Positions 8,846-18,848 of a DNA stretch of 64,000 nt are shown piece after piece (within the stretch, counting starts at the first letter, position 1; every line of letters starts with the position of its first letter). This DNA comes from Candidatus Obscuribacterales bacterium. GTDB taxonomy: Bacteria; Cyanobacteriota; Vampirovibrionia; Obscuribacterales; Obscuribacteraceae. The stretch covers positions 1,728,001-1,792,000 of the forward strand of contig CBDDIJ010000002.1 of assembly GCA_965228855.1 (NCBI GenBank), in the 5' to 3' direction. The notes under the pieces were generated by a model. It had not been told where the DNA came from, searched no databases, and saw nothing but the letters and a program-made list of their open reading frames with translations. Made by a program: the position numbers and the translations under genes.

Positions 8846-11800
8846 TGTCCGAATCAACAATCAATGCGGAGGAGCGCTGCCACGATGAGGAAGTTGCGTA
8901 TTCCGACCAGCTGGTTTTCTGGTTGAATGGAACTCGCGTGCAGGTCAGCAATCCGGACCCGTCGGTGATGCTCACTGAATATTTGCGTAAGGCTGGATAT
9001 ACGGGTACGAAAGTTGTTTGCGAGCAAGGTGGTTGTGGTGCCTGCACCGTGATGGTCTCGCACAAAAATCCGGTCGACGGATCGCCTGTCCATCGCCCTG
9101 TTAACGCTTGTTTGAAACCGCTTTGCTCTGTCGATGGCACGGTCGTCACGACAACTGAAGGGATTGGAAACGTTCACGATGGACTCGATCCGACGCAGTA
9201 CTGTATCGCTAAATTTAACGGCAGTCAGTGCGGTTTTTGCACGCCTGGATTCGTGATGAATACGCATGCGCTTTTGCAGAAAAATCCGGACGCGACGCAA
9301 CAGGATATTGAAGATAGTTTCGGTGGCAATCTGTGTCGTTGTACCGGCTATCGTCCAATCCTGCACGGCATGCGCACTCTCGCCAGTGATTACGATCAGT
9401 CCTGCGACCAATCGCAGAATTGTTTGGTCGACCCTTCTTTTAAAGTTCATTGCAAACCGGAGCTTACACAAGTAAACCTCGACGAACTGCCGTCGCACGA
9501 ATTGCCAGTGCGGGAGCTGCATTTTACGGGATTCGGTGCGGAGTGGTTTCGCCCATCGAGTTTGAAGCAAGTGCAAACGCTGAAGAAAAAATTCAGCAAA
9601 GAGCATGGCAAAGCGAACGTTAAACTGGTCGTCGGCAACACTGCTTCTGGGATCTACCAAGATGAGAAACCCCGGATCTTCATCGATTTGACTGCTGTGC
9701 GTGAATTGGCTGAAATTCGCGAGGCAAAAGATGGAATTGTTGTGGGCGCGAATGTTCCGATTCAAGAGTTACTTGATTTTGTCGGGCCGGTTATCGATAA
9801 ACGTAGTTCTGAGGAAACAAAAGGGCTGCAAGAGTTGAAACGTCATGGCGCGTTCGTCGCTGGTCTGCAAGTGCGGAGTGCAGGCAGCATTGCCGGCAAT
9901 ATTTTCATGACGCGCGATCATGCCGAACATGGCGGACCTTTCCCATCGGACATCTTCACCGTATTCGGTGCTCTCGGTACATCGTTAACCATTGCATCTT
10001 CGGAGTTTGATGGTGGTTCGAAGACTTGGCTTTTGACCGATATGCCGGCCGTTTCCTCATTGCCGGACGATGCTGTAATTTTGTCTTTCCACATTCCATT
10101 CACTCGTGAACGCGAGTACGTTCAAACATACAGAATTGCGCGGCGAGTGCAGATGGCTCACCCGGTTGTAAACGCGGGGTTGCGCGTCCGTCTGGATGAG
10201 AAAAACGCAGTGCTGCCCGGGGAAATTTGCATCGTATTTGGTGGCTTGGCGTCTATCAACGGCCGCATGCCGAAGACAGAGAAATTTCTTGAAGGCAAGG
10301 TCTGGAGCAACGATACTCTCAAGTCCGCGGTTGAAACCCTTTGCGCCGAGGTTGAAGAAATCACGATACCGATGGACGAGGAAGGTTTCACCAACGAGTA
10401 CCGGATGCAACTGGCGCTCAACTTCTTCTACAAATTTTTCTTGCATGTGGCGATGACTGTGGACCCGTCGATGGTATCACCGGAAAATCAATCAGGGGCA
10501 TTCCACGACGAGCGCCCGCTGTCGCAGGGGACGCAAGAGTACCAGGAGTATCCGGAACTTTATCCGCTCACCAAGCCAATCGTTAAGCGAGCGGCATTCG
10601 TTCAAGCATCCGGCGAAATCAAATACAGTTTGGATATGACTCTGCCGGTTGGTGGCTTGCATGGTGCCATGGTGAAGAGTGGTCGTGCTCATGCGAAATT
10701 CTCATTCACGAAGAACGTTCCGGGGCTTGAGGCGCTGAAGGACCTGCTGGCAAAACAGTTTCCAGGGTTCAAGGATCTGGTTACCTGCGAGGATGTTCCC
10801 GAAGGTGGGGAACGCTACATTGGCTTGAACAACGATGATCCGATTTTTTCGGACGGGGTCGTCACTTCTGTTGGTGCACCAATCGGCATGGTTCTGGCTG
10901 AGAGTATCGAGATTGCGCGCGAAGCGAGTCGGTTTATCGAAAAGGAATGTATTCAGTACGAGGACCTTCCTGCTGTAATTACGCTTGAGGACGCGATAAA
11001 GCAAAATACGGCGATGCCGATGGTTCGTACGGCCAAGGATCTGGATGAGGACATTCAACAGCGCATTCCTACCATTACGCGGGACGGAAGCGATATGGCG
11101 TGGTTGGAGAATCCGAAGGAGGCGATGCCTGGTACAGAAGTTGTTCATGGCACCTTCCGCACATCGTCTCAGGCGCACTTCTATTTGGAAAACATGTGCG
11201 CGTTGGCTGTTCCTGGACCATACGATCAGACGACTGTTTATTGCTCGACGCAAAATCCGAATGGAACCCAAGCGGCAATTGCGCGGGCTCTAGGTGTGAA
11301 GAACAATCAAATCTCTGTAGTCATCGAGCAAGTTGGTGGCGGATTTGGTGGCAAGCAGCACCGCGCGAATATCGTCGGTGCGCAGGCTGCGGTGGCAGCA
11401 CGCAAAGTGAAGAAGGGCGTGCGGCTCATGTACGACCGCTCGACCGATATGCAGGCAGTTGGAAAACGGCATCCGTACGCCGGCGAGTATCACGTCGCGT
11501 ACACGCGCGATGGCATCATAAAGGGAATGCGTATCGACCTGAATTCGGACGGCGGAGATACATATGATTGTACATTTGCTGTAATGGATTCGAGCTTGCT
11601 TAACGCCGATCAGGCGTACATGATTGAAACCTTGCAAGCCAATGGGACCGCTTATCGCACCAACAAGGCTAGCAATACCGCGTTCCGTTCCTTCGGTGTC
11701 GTGCAGGCCTGGGCGATTACTGAGAACGCAATCGAACACGTCGCCTGGAAATTGTCGCAGGACCTTGGACGCAAGGTCACTGCCGAAGAAATTCGATATA

Positions 11801-13020
11801 AGAACATGTATCGCAATGGAACAAAAGATTCCTGGGACGTGACGCACTTTGGACAGGAACTTGACTTCTGCAACATTCGCGATATCTGGGATGACCTTCA
11901 CAAGTCATCCGATTTCGATGCGCGTCAGAAGGAAGTCGAAGAGTTTAATAGTAAAAATCGCTGGCGCAAGCGGGCGATTGTAATGGTGCCGCAGAAGCAT
12001 GGAATTGGTTTCACAGAACCGCGTGGCTCTCTCAACTCGTCGAGTGCACTTGTGACGGTCAACATGGCAGATGCGTCCGTGCTCGTTTACCACGGCGGTG
12101 TCGAGATGGGTCAAGGTGTTAACACCAAGATTGCTCAGCTAGCAGCGAACACTCTTGGGATACCACTATCCATGGTGCGCATTGGTGGTAACAACACTGA
12201 TGCCATTCCGAATGCTCCTGCAACAGCGGCATCAACCGGTTTCGACTTGAACGGTGGTGCAGTCGAGCAAGCTTGCCGTGTTTTGCGGAAACGCTTAGAA
12301 GGCCTTTGCCGAGATCTGGAGCAGTTTACGCCTCACAATCGCATTGAAGATTGGCGTACCAATTGGGCCGAAAAGTGGCCTGAGATTGTTTTCAAAGCCT
12401 GGTTCGAGCGAGTGAATCTAAGCGTGGCGGAACTCTACAAGACTCCGCATTATAAGGGACCGACCGACCGCAACCCGCGTGGCAAGCCGTTCCTCTACTT
12501 CGCTTACGGTGCCGCCGTAAATGAAGTTGAAATCGATGTGCTCACGGGTGAGTTTAAAATTCTTCGAGCTGATGTTGTCTGCGACGTCAATAAATCGCCA
12601 AATCCGGCGATTGATATCGGGCAGTTGGAAGGCGGATTCGTACAGGGCATCGGCTTCGCGACCACCGAGGAATTGATATACGACCACAACGGCAAATTAG
12701 TCACGGATAATATCTGGAGCTACAAGCCACCATGCACGAAAACAATTCCGATTGATTTCAGAGTGCGCTTGCATCCCGTCGATGAAGAACGAAACCAGCG
12801 CGAAGCGCTCGCTGAGAAGCATGCGGTTAAGATGTCGAAGTCGTTTACCGAATCGTCTTACACGCTGGGAGCATCGACGTACATTGCGATCAAGCAAGCC
12901 ATCAAAGAAGCGCGCCAGCAGCTCACAGGGAAAAACGAATGGCTCGACATGGATCTGCCCATGACTTGCCAGCGCATCAGCGACCTCTGTGCAGTTTCGA
13001 AGGAGCATTTGACGCTTTAA
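8845..13020 (+). CDS. Single-chain xanthine dehydrogenase/aldehyde oxidase family molybdo-flavoenzyme (2Fe-2S + FAD + Moco)
   Basis: GTKVVCEQGGCGACTV, GSQCGFCTPG, GNLCRCTGYRPI, LVVGNT, GGGFGGK, AFRSFG, HGGVEMGQG, DIGQLEGGFVQGIG. Start reassigned to ATG 8845 (TAATG overlap, GGAGG at 8832). Confidence 0.93.
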   Translation: MSESTINAEERCHDEEVAYSDQLVFWLNGTRVQVSNPDPSVMLTEYLRKAGYTGTKVVCEQGGCGACTVMVSHKNPVDGSPVHRPVNACLKPLCSVDGTVVTTTEGIGNVHDGLDPTQYCIAKFNGSQCGFCTPGFVMNTHALLQKNPDATQQDIEDSFGGNLCRCTGYRPILHGMRTLASDYDQSCDQSQNCLVDPSFKVHCKPELTQVNLDELPSHELPVRELHFTGFGAEWFRPSSLKQVQTLKKKFSKEHGKANVKLVVGNTASGIYQDEKPRIFIDLTAVRELAEIREAKDGIVVGANVPIQELLDFVGPVIDKRSSEETKGLQELKRHGAFVAGLQVRSAGSIAGNIFMTRDHAEHGGPFPSDIFTVFGALGTSLTIASSEFDGGSKTWLLTDMPAVSSLPDDAVILSFHIPFTREREYVQTYRIARRVQMAHPVVNAGLRVRLDEKNAVLPGEICIVFGGLASINGRMPKTEKFLEGKVWSNDTLKSAVETLCAEVEEITIPMDEEGFTNEYRMQLALNFFYKFFLHVAMTVDPSMVSPENQSGAFHDERPLSQGTQEYQEYPELYPLTKPIVKRAAFVQASGEIKYSLDMTLPVGGLHGAMVKSGRAHAKFSFTKNVPGLEALKDLLAKQFPGFKDLVTCEDVPEGGERYIGLNNDDPIFSDGVVTSVGAPIGMVLAESIEIAREASRFIEKECIQYEDLPAVITLEDAIKQNTAMPMVRTAKDLDEDIQQRIPTITRDGSDMAWLENPKEAMPGTEVVHGTFRTSSQAHFYLENMCALAVPGPYDQTTVYCSTQNPNGTQAAIARALGVKNNQISVVIEQVGGGFGGKQHRANIVGAQAAVAARKVKKGVRLMYDRSTDMQAVGKRHPYAGEYHVAYTRDGIIKGMRIDLNSDGGDTYDCTFAVMDSSLLNADQAYMIETLQANGTAYRTNKASNTAFRSFGVVQAWAITENAIEHVAWKLSQDLGRKVTAEEIRYKNMYRNGTKDSWDVTHFGQELDFCNIRDIWDDLHKSSDFDARQKEVEEFNSKNRWRKRAIVMVPQKHGIGFTEPRGSLNSSSALVTVNMADASVLVYHGGVEMGQGVNTKIAQLAANTLGIPLSMVRIGGNNTDAIPNAPATAASTGFDLNGGAVEQACRVLRKRLEGLCRDLEQFTPHNRIEDWRTNWAEKWPEIVFKAWFERVNLSVAELYKTPHYKGPTDRNPRGKPFLYFAYGAAVNEVEIDVLTGEFKILRADVVCDVNKSPNPAIDIGQLEGGFVQGIGFATTEELIYDHNGKLVTDNIWSYKPPCTKTIPIDFRVRLHPVDEERNQREALAEKHAVKMSKSFTESSYTLGASTYIAIKQAIKEARQQLTGKNEWLDMDLPMTCQRISDLCAVSKEHLTL

Positions 13021-13144
13021 CTCCTCGGGCGATCTGTAAGCGTTTTCTTCGAGCGAGATCGTTCTTCGATTATCCGTTCGAGCTAGACCCAATCGTGAGC
13101 TAATTGTTGAGCATTCAGATTGCTCTGACTGCGTGTGTGAACGG

Positions 13145-13801
13145 TCAATCGTTCGAGAAAAACAGCGTGGTGACTTGCGCGCTTTTGTCCATTGATTTCG
13201 CGTTGACGGTAAGACCCGGACGTTTAAGCGAACTCTCTTTTGTGCATCCTTCTACCACGTCGACTTGCTTGAGTGGACCGAACATTGTCTGAGCGTCCTG
13301 AACTGTGCCAGGAGTTTCAGAAAGAAGTTGTTCGGAAACATAAACTTCGATCGCATTAATCACATGCGTACTATCCGAAATCCACATCCGAACCGGCGCT
13401 TTGAAAACCCATTGCGTGCCACCGGGACCACCGGTGTGCGATTTTTCCGCCTTGCCGAATTTCTTTTCGGCGTCGGGCAGGGTGCTCTTCCCGACGACCA
13501 AACCATTCCAGCCAATCTCAGGTTTCCAATTCAATTTGCGTACTCCTTTCTTGTATTTTGGTCCGGAATAGGCTGCCTTGATTGCGGTATCATCGACGGT
13601 GCGCAGTGGTATCGGTGGCGGTAAAGTTTCGTCTGCTGTTGCGATGTTCGTCTCTGATCGCACGTTTCCTTCGGAGTCTGGCATCTGCGCCTTGGGCGAT
13701 AAGACATCCTCTGCGTCTGCCGCCTGCACCTGTGGAGAGTGCCATGAGAACTGGCAAATGAGGAGCGAAGCCATCAACAATTTTCTAGTGCGGCTTCGCA
13801 T
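13145..13801 (-). CDS. Hypothetical secreted protein
   Basis: 218-aa ORF with signal peptide; overlaps the end of the upstream gene by 17 bp. Confidence 0.65.
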   Translation of the reverse strand: MRSRTRKLLMASLLICQFSWHSPQVQAADAEDVLSPKAQMPDSEGNVRSETNIATADETLPPPIPLRTVDDTAIKAAYSGPKYKKGVRKLNWKPEIGWNGLVVGKSTLPDAEKKFGKAEKSHTGGPGGTQWVFKAPVRMWISDSTHVINAIEVYVSEQLLSETPGTVQDAQTMFGPLKQVDVVEGCTKESSLKRPGLTVNAKSMDKSAQVTTLFFSND

Positions 13802-15557
13802 GCTGTTTCCCTTTTGACTCGTCGATAAACGAAGGATTCTTCACCAGGCTTCCGTTCTCCGCCCGCAAATATTGGAAATTGCCCTTACTATCAGGTGGAT
13901 AACCTTTATTGATGTCAGCCTGGTCGATTCGACGAATCATATCATAAAGGTTTTGGAACGGCTTGATTGCGTGTCTGTAGTGACCACCAAGACGGTACGC
14001 CGTCAGGCACTCGGACATCTCTTCTTTTGGATTTTGCATGTAGTCTGTCGGAGGTGTGATCAAAGCATCCGCTCGTACTTGCGCTGATGTTGCCGCGCCG
14101 AGTTTAATCGCGTTGTCGTTCTTGTCCAGTCGATATCTTGTCCACTTCGTGGAATCAAGCAAGTCACATTTGTAGAGATCGCCGTTCTTCCCTTTCAGAT
14201 AAAACTGTTTATCCTTGCCTCGAACCCAACCGGCTTCATGAGCAAACATTTCTTCGATCGACTCATGCGTGGGAGTAGTTTTTGTTTTAAAACCAATGCG
14301 CTCCTGTGCACCATGCGTCAATTCGTGAACCACTTGATACTCTGTAGAGCGTCCCCAGTTGCCGACCTTATCGAGTTCCGTCGGAACGTTTGTATCTGTT
14401 GTCGGGTCCATGAAAACCTTCGGAGGTTCACCGTATTCATAGTTCGCTCCAATCGGTCTACCGCTTATATGGTGCTGTCCTGCGCGGATGAATACAAACT
14501 CCAGCGCCTTGCCGGTTGCCGAATATTGTGATGGTGCGCTGTGGCTCAATCCCGCCTCAATGCCAATCAACTCATCAAGTCGGGGCGCGCGACAATGCGC
14601 TATTTCGCTGGTTGGTTGAAGATTTGCGTCTAAAACAAAGCCGGCCGTTTCGGTGTCAGTACTGAAGGTCACTCCATACATCGCAGTCAATCTGCTTTCC
14701 TGAGCTTTCACCATTTCGTGCAATCTCTTTTCTGCGCCTGCAATGTCGTCCGACTTTGACGAGAGCAATAGATTATCTCGTCCGTATGCTCGCATGTGGT
14801 ACTCCGCTTGATCGCCGTTCATAACGATCTTGACACCGAATTGCTTTTCGATGGCTATTTGCGATGGTGTCAAATGCGGTGCCCTGTCGGATGGAGCGGC
14901 TGCGTCTCTTCTGAATTCTCTGACTGTCGGCGGTTCCGCATTCAGTTCTTGTTGCTTGGAACTAATAGGTGCCGTATTCATTTCTTGTTGCGCGGAAGCA
15001 ATCGATGCCGTACGCAGTTCTTGTGGCGTGGACCGATTCGATGCCAGATTCAAGTCTGCCGCAGCAGTTTCACTCGTTGCAGAAATTGTCGGGTAGATCT
15101 TCGTCGCTTTGGCGAGAACCTTTTTAATTTCCAGTTCTTCCGATTCGTTCGGAAGCTTTTCATTTCTGATTTCACCGAGCTCTTTCAATAACAATTCAGC
15201 CGTTTGGTCTCCTCCAGTTGCTCGGGAACGCAGATCTTGTTCGGTTATAATTTCCGAGGAGTGTCGAACTTGCCCGCTGCCGGGTGCGCGTTCTGCGATC
15301 ACAGTTGTTTTACCCTCTGTGATTGCAACAAGCGTAAAGCTGCCATCGTCAGGATTCCCGCCTGCTGAGCCGCTGTGTCGGTCCGGATTTGCATCGCGAG
15401 CTTGAGCGAGAGCATCACCAGTCGCGTTGCGCACTACGGTCGCATCGGGGGCTTGTTCCAGCCTTGCGGCCGACTCCTGTTGATTCTCGCCGATCTTTTC
15501 AGAACTGCTTTTGGCGCACTCGCCTTGTTGATGCTCGCCCGGTTGATGCTGAGTCAT
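13785..15557 (-). CDS. Hypothetical protein with zincin metallopeptidase motif
   Basis: VVHELTHG (HEXXH) and downstream NPKEEMSE; low-complexity N-terminus; GAGG upstream. Confidence 0.65.
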   Translation of the reverse strand: MTQHQPGEHQQGECAKSSSEKIGENQQESAARLEQAPDATVVRNATGDALAQARDANPDRHSGSAGGNPDDGSFTLVAITEGKTTVIAERAPGSGQVRHSSEIITEQDLRSRATGGDQTAELLLKELGEIRNEKLPNESEELEIKKVLAKATKIYPTISATSETAAADLNLASNRSTPQELRTASIASAQQEMNTAPISSKQQELNAEPPTVREFRRDAAAPSDRAPHLTPSQIAIEKQFGVKIVMNGDQAEYHMRAYGRDNLLLSSKSDDIAGAEKRLHEMVKAQESRLTAMYGVTFSTDTETAGFVLDANLQPTSEIAHCRAPRLDELIGIEAGLSHSAPSQYSATGKALEFVFIRAGQHHISGRPIGANYEYGEPPKVFMDPTTDTNVPTELDKVGNWGRSTEYQVVHELTHGAQERIGFKTKTTPTHESIEEMFAHEAGWVRGKDKQFYLKGKNGDLYKCDLLDSTKWTRYRLDKNDNAIKLGAATSAQVRADALITPPTDYMQNPKEEMSECLTAYRLGGHYRHAIKPFQNLYDMIRRIDQADINKGYPPDSKGNFQYLRAENGSLVKNPSFIDESKGKQHAKPH

Positions 15558-15683
15558 CTGCTGACCTCAAACGCGTACCTGATTTTTTATACCCGAAGTT
15601 CCGCGAGAGTCAGGTTATGCGAGTCTCCGCCGCGAGAGTCTCGGAACGTGTAATAATTGTCAAGCAAGCTGTTAACTGGTAGA

Positions 15684-15726
15684 ATTTTACGTATTAGTGA
15701 CGATTTGTTGGTTTAATACGTAAAAT
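15684..15726. promoter_or_regulatory. 13-bp perfect inverted repeat, probable operator of the hipBA-like module
   Basis: ATTTTACGTATTA (15684-15696), 17-bp spacer, TAATACGTAAAAT (15714-15726), ending just before the ATG at 15728. Confidence 0.7.
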
Positions 15727-15727
15727 A

Positions 15728-16048
15728 ATGCAGTTTGATTTGTCCACTGCTGACGAAATAGCCGAGCAGTTTGGAGAACGACTTCGTGCTCACAGACTTG
15801 CTCAGAATCTCCAGCAGAGTGAGCTGGCCGCCCGCGCCGGAATTTCAGAGCGCTGCTTGAGCAATTTTGAGCGTTCTGGTCGTGGAACGTTTGACGTTTT
15901 CTTGCGAATAGTAATGGCTCTGGGCTTAGTGGGTGCCATGGAGACTCTATTCGAGGTGCGACCGCGATCCATAAGGGCAATGGAGGAGGCTAGTATTCGA
16001 AGGAAGAGAGCTTCGAAAAGAACGAGGCGGCAAGATGAAAAAGCTTAG
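15728..16048 (+). CDS. hipB: XRE-family HTH antitoxin (HipB-like)
   Basis: GERLRAHRLAQNLQQSELAARAGIS...LSNFERSG HTH; overlaps hipA. Confidence 0.8.
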   Translation: MQFDLSTADEIAEQFGERLRAHRLAQNLQQSELAARAGISERCLSNFERSGRGTFDVFLRIVMALGLVGAMETLFEVRPRSIRAMEEASIRRKRASKRTRRQDEKA

Positions 16049-17258
16049 TGTTGTCTATGTGGGGTGGGGAGAGCGCTTTGTTCTGGGAACTCTTGCTGAC
16101 GACGGTCGAGACCTTCTTTTTGAATACACTTCCGAAGCAATAAAAAGGGGTCTTGAACTTTCTCCTCACAAACTACCATTGGTCGAGAAAACATACGGCG
16201 ACTTTCCAGCCCATCAACTTAGATTGCCGGGAATCGTAAGTGACGCTTTGCCTGATGGTTGGGGGATGCTGCTGATGGATCGTCTCTTCCGAAAACAGGG
16301 ACGACGTTTGAATGATGTATCTCCATTAGACAGACTCGCTTTCATTGGAGATAGGGCTATGGGCGCTCTCGTATTCGAGCCGCCAGAGAAAGAAGCGCTG
16401 AAGCATGAGGACATTCAGCTCCTTGACCTGGCGCATGAAACCAGAGAGGTTCTTTCCGCAGACAGCGAAGATTTGCTGCGGAAGCTTGTCCTCATGGGCG
16501 GTTCTCCTCACGGAGCACGTCCAAAAGTTTTAGTATCTTTTGATCGCGCAAATAATCGAATGACCAATTGGGAAGGCCGCAGCGGAACGCCGATGTTGGT
16601 CAAATTTCCTGCGCAAAATGAGCACAAGGAAGTTTGTGCAATTGAAGTAATGTATGCTCGCATTGCCGATGCTTGTGGGCTAGAAGTGCCGCCAACCGAA
16701 TATTTTGATCTAGACAAAGACCTGTCTGCCTTCGGTATTGAGCGCTTCGATCGCGCTGATGGTTTGAGAGTACCCGTGCATACAGCCGCTGGTGCGGCGC
16801 ATGCCGACTTTCGAATACCGCAACTGGATTACGTAAACCTATTGAGACTGACTCGGCGCATGACAGGCGACGAGCGGGAAGTTGTCCGCGCCTACGAACG
16901 ATGTGTTTTTAATGTGATCTTCAATAACCGAGACGATCACTCAAAGAACTTTTCGTTTTTATTAGGTCGCGACGATCGATGGCGGTTGTCGCCTTCATAT
17001 GATTTGTCGTTTTGCGAGGGACCAAGCGGTGAACATCAAATGGACATATGCGGAGAGGCTCGTGAACCAGGTATTAATCAAATGATGGAACTGGCTAAGC
17101 AAGGCGGTATCACAACCAGATGCGCAAAGGAGGTAATTGAACGCATTGCGACTGTGGCGGAGCGATTTGAAGAGTTTGAGAATAGTTTGCCGATTCGTAA
17201 GCGGACGCTAAAGCAAATGGTGGCAGCTGTTAATGCGAATAGAAACCGGCTGGTATGA
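16035..17258 (+). CDS. hipA: HipA-family Ser/Thr kinase toxin
   Basis: DALPDGWG, GDRAMGAL, GGSPHGARPK, ERFDR, DDHSKNFS, LSPSYD. Confidence 0.93.
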   Translation: MKKLSVVYVGWGERFVLGTLADDGRDLLFEYTSEAIKRGLELSPHKLPLVEKTYGDFPAHQLRLPGIVSDALPDGWGMLLMDRLFRKQGRRLNDVSPLDRLAFIGDRAMGALVFEPPEKEALKHEDIQLLDLAHETREVLSADSEDLLRKLVLMGGSPHGARPKVLVSFDRANNRMTNWEGRSGTPMLVKFPAQNEHKEVCAIEVMYARIADACGLEVPPTEYFDLDKDLSAFGIERFDRADGLRVPVHTAAGAAHADFRIPQLDYVNLLRLTRRMTGDEREVVRAYERCVFNVIFNNRDDHSKNFSFLLGRDDRWRLSPSYDLSFCEGPSGEHQMDICGEAREPGINQMMELAKQGGITTRCAKEVIERIATVAERFEEFENSLPIRKRTLKQMVAAVNANRNRLV

Positions 17259-17308
17259 ATTGATATTTTGGTTGTGAATCAATGCTTTGGTTTTGAATTG
17301 ATGCCTTG

Positions 17309-18310
17309 CTAACGTTTAAGTATCTCCAATCTCTTCTCCGAAAAAGTGACTGGCGTCGCTTCGGAGATGCCTCCAACAAAGTCAGTCTCGCCGCCCTGGT
17401 AGTCGAATCCGATGAGTGAGGGAATGCCGTCTATGTCTATGATTTTTCCTGCGTAAATATCTGGAGCCAAAAGTCTTGGTGTTTCGTCGAAGGACGGAAA
17501 TATAGATGAGTCGTGCGGGTAGAGTTCCGATGCGAAATAATAAGTGCCCGTCGCGCAGTCCTCCGGGTAGTTGCTTTTCCGATCGGCTGTGCAATCGGCA
17601 GCTTGGGCGCAGAACAAGAGGAAGAATCTAACGCCTTCATCTTCTACGTGGCGATAGAGTTGTGGGACCTCCAATTGATAAAACTCAGGTGACAACACCA
17701 GTACTCTCTGGCTTGCCTGGCTCCAGTCGGTCAAACTCTCTGACTCAAAGAAAACAATGGCACCACCTGCATTCTCTGATATTCCGTCTTTGGGATTGGC
17801 ATGTGCAGAGAGAAGGCAAATGTACTTGCCACCATATTCGATGACATATGGATCGCGCCAGTTCACACCGTCCAATCCCATCGCGGCGCTGCAGTTCGGT
17901 AGTATTGCGTCAATGCGTTCCCAGGTAATCAAATCCCGGGAGGTTGCAACGCCGATTTGCTGAGGAACAAACTCGCCGCGCGGTGTCCATCTTTTGTCGG
18001 AGTTTCCATCGCGCGATGTATAGAACATGTAAAACAAATTGTTCTGCCGATGGTACATCACGCTCCCTGTCCAGATCGAGATGTTGTCCCACGAACCAGC
18101 TCGAGCCGCCAGACATGGTTTGCCGTCGATATACTTCCATGCATCTGCGGTTAAAACCGCATGCCCAACCTCAGCCATATCATGGCGATTGAATGGTATG
18201 AAATTGCAAGCAGCCTTGTCGGCTTGCAGGAAAAATGCATGCAGCACACCATCCTGGTCATGGGCGAACCATGTGTCCCAGAGATATTTGCCGTTCGGTG
18301 CCCATCCCAT
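17309..18310 (-). CDS. Glycoside hydrolase clan J (GH32/GH68-like beta-fructofuranosidase)
   Basis: Catalytic motifs WDTW, WTGS, WRDP, QLEVP. Confidence 0.8.
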   Translation of the reverse strand: MGWAPNGKYLWDTWFAHDQDGVLHAFFLQADKAACNFIPFNRHDMAEVGHAVLTADAWKYIDGKPCLAARAGSWDNISIWTGSVMYHRQNNLFYMFYTSRDGNSDKRWTPRGEFVPQQIGVATSRDLITWERIDAILPNCSAAMGLDGVNWRDPYVIEYGGKYICLLSAHANPKDGISENAGGAIVFFESESLTDWSQASQRVLVLSPEFYQLEVPQLYRHVEDEGVRFFLLFCAQAADCTADRKSNYPEDCATGTYYFASELYPHDSSIFPSFDETPRLLAPDIYAGKIIDIDGIPSLIGFDYQGGETDFVGGISEATPVTFSEKRLEILKR

Positions 18311-18380
18311 GCGTTGCCTCCCGAGTCAATGTGACGCGCTTCTAAACAATAGAAAGAATATCAGCGAAAACATCGCTTCG

Positions 18381-18848
18381 TCATTTGCATTCCTTTTTGC
18401 CTATTGTGACTTGAACAACATTAGGCATGGGTGCGCAGCAGGCGGAGTTTGTCTGTGTTTCGAACATCGCGTCTTCACCGTATGTGGTGGCGGCGCCTGT
18501 GGTGTAAAAACTTTCCCAGGCAATTCCTTGAGGATCGTGAACCCAGGTTTTGTCTCCCTGTGCATAGCAGCACGTGGTTTGTTCCTGTTCTAGAATGGGC
18601 TGTTGGGCTGCTTTTAGCCGTGCTGAGATGTCGGTCAAATCATCGGAATTCTCAACTTGTATCCCAAGATGATCAAGACCAGGTTCTCGACCTCTGGTTG
18701 AAATGGCGAAATTTATCCGGGGATCGTCCAGCATCCATTTCGCGTAGTCCTCCTTCTGGACCGAAGGAGGCGTGTTGAAAAACGTTGAGTAAAACCGAAT
18801 CGACTCGGACAAATCGGACACCGCAACATGAACATGGAATCTCTTCAT
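18381..18848 (-). CDS. arsI: ArsI/CadI-family VOC (glyoxalase-like) protein
   Basis: MKRFHVHVAV, DDPRINFAIS, HLGIQV, vicinal TTCCYA, WVHDPQGIAWE; start overlaps the arsR stop. Confidence 0.85.
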   Translation of the reverse strand: MKRFHVHVAVSDLSESIRFYSTFFNTPPSVQKEDYAKWMLDDPRINFAISTRGREPGLDHLGIQVENSDDLTDISARLKAAQQPILEQEQTTCCYAQGDKTWVHDPQGIAWESFYTTGAATTYGEDAMFETQTNSACCAPMPNVVQVTIGKKECK

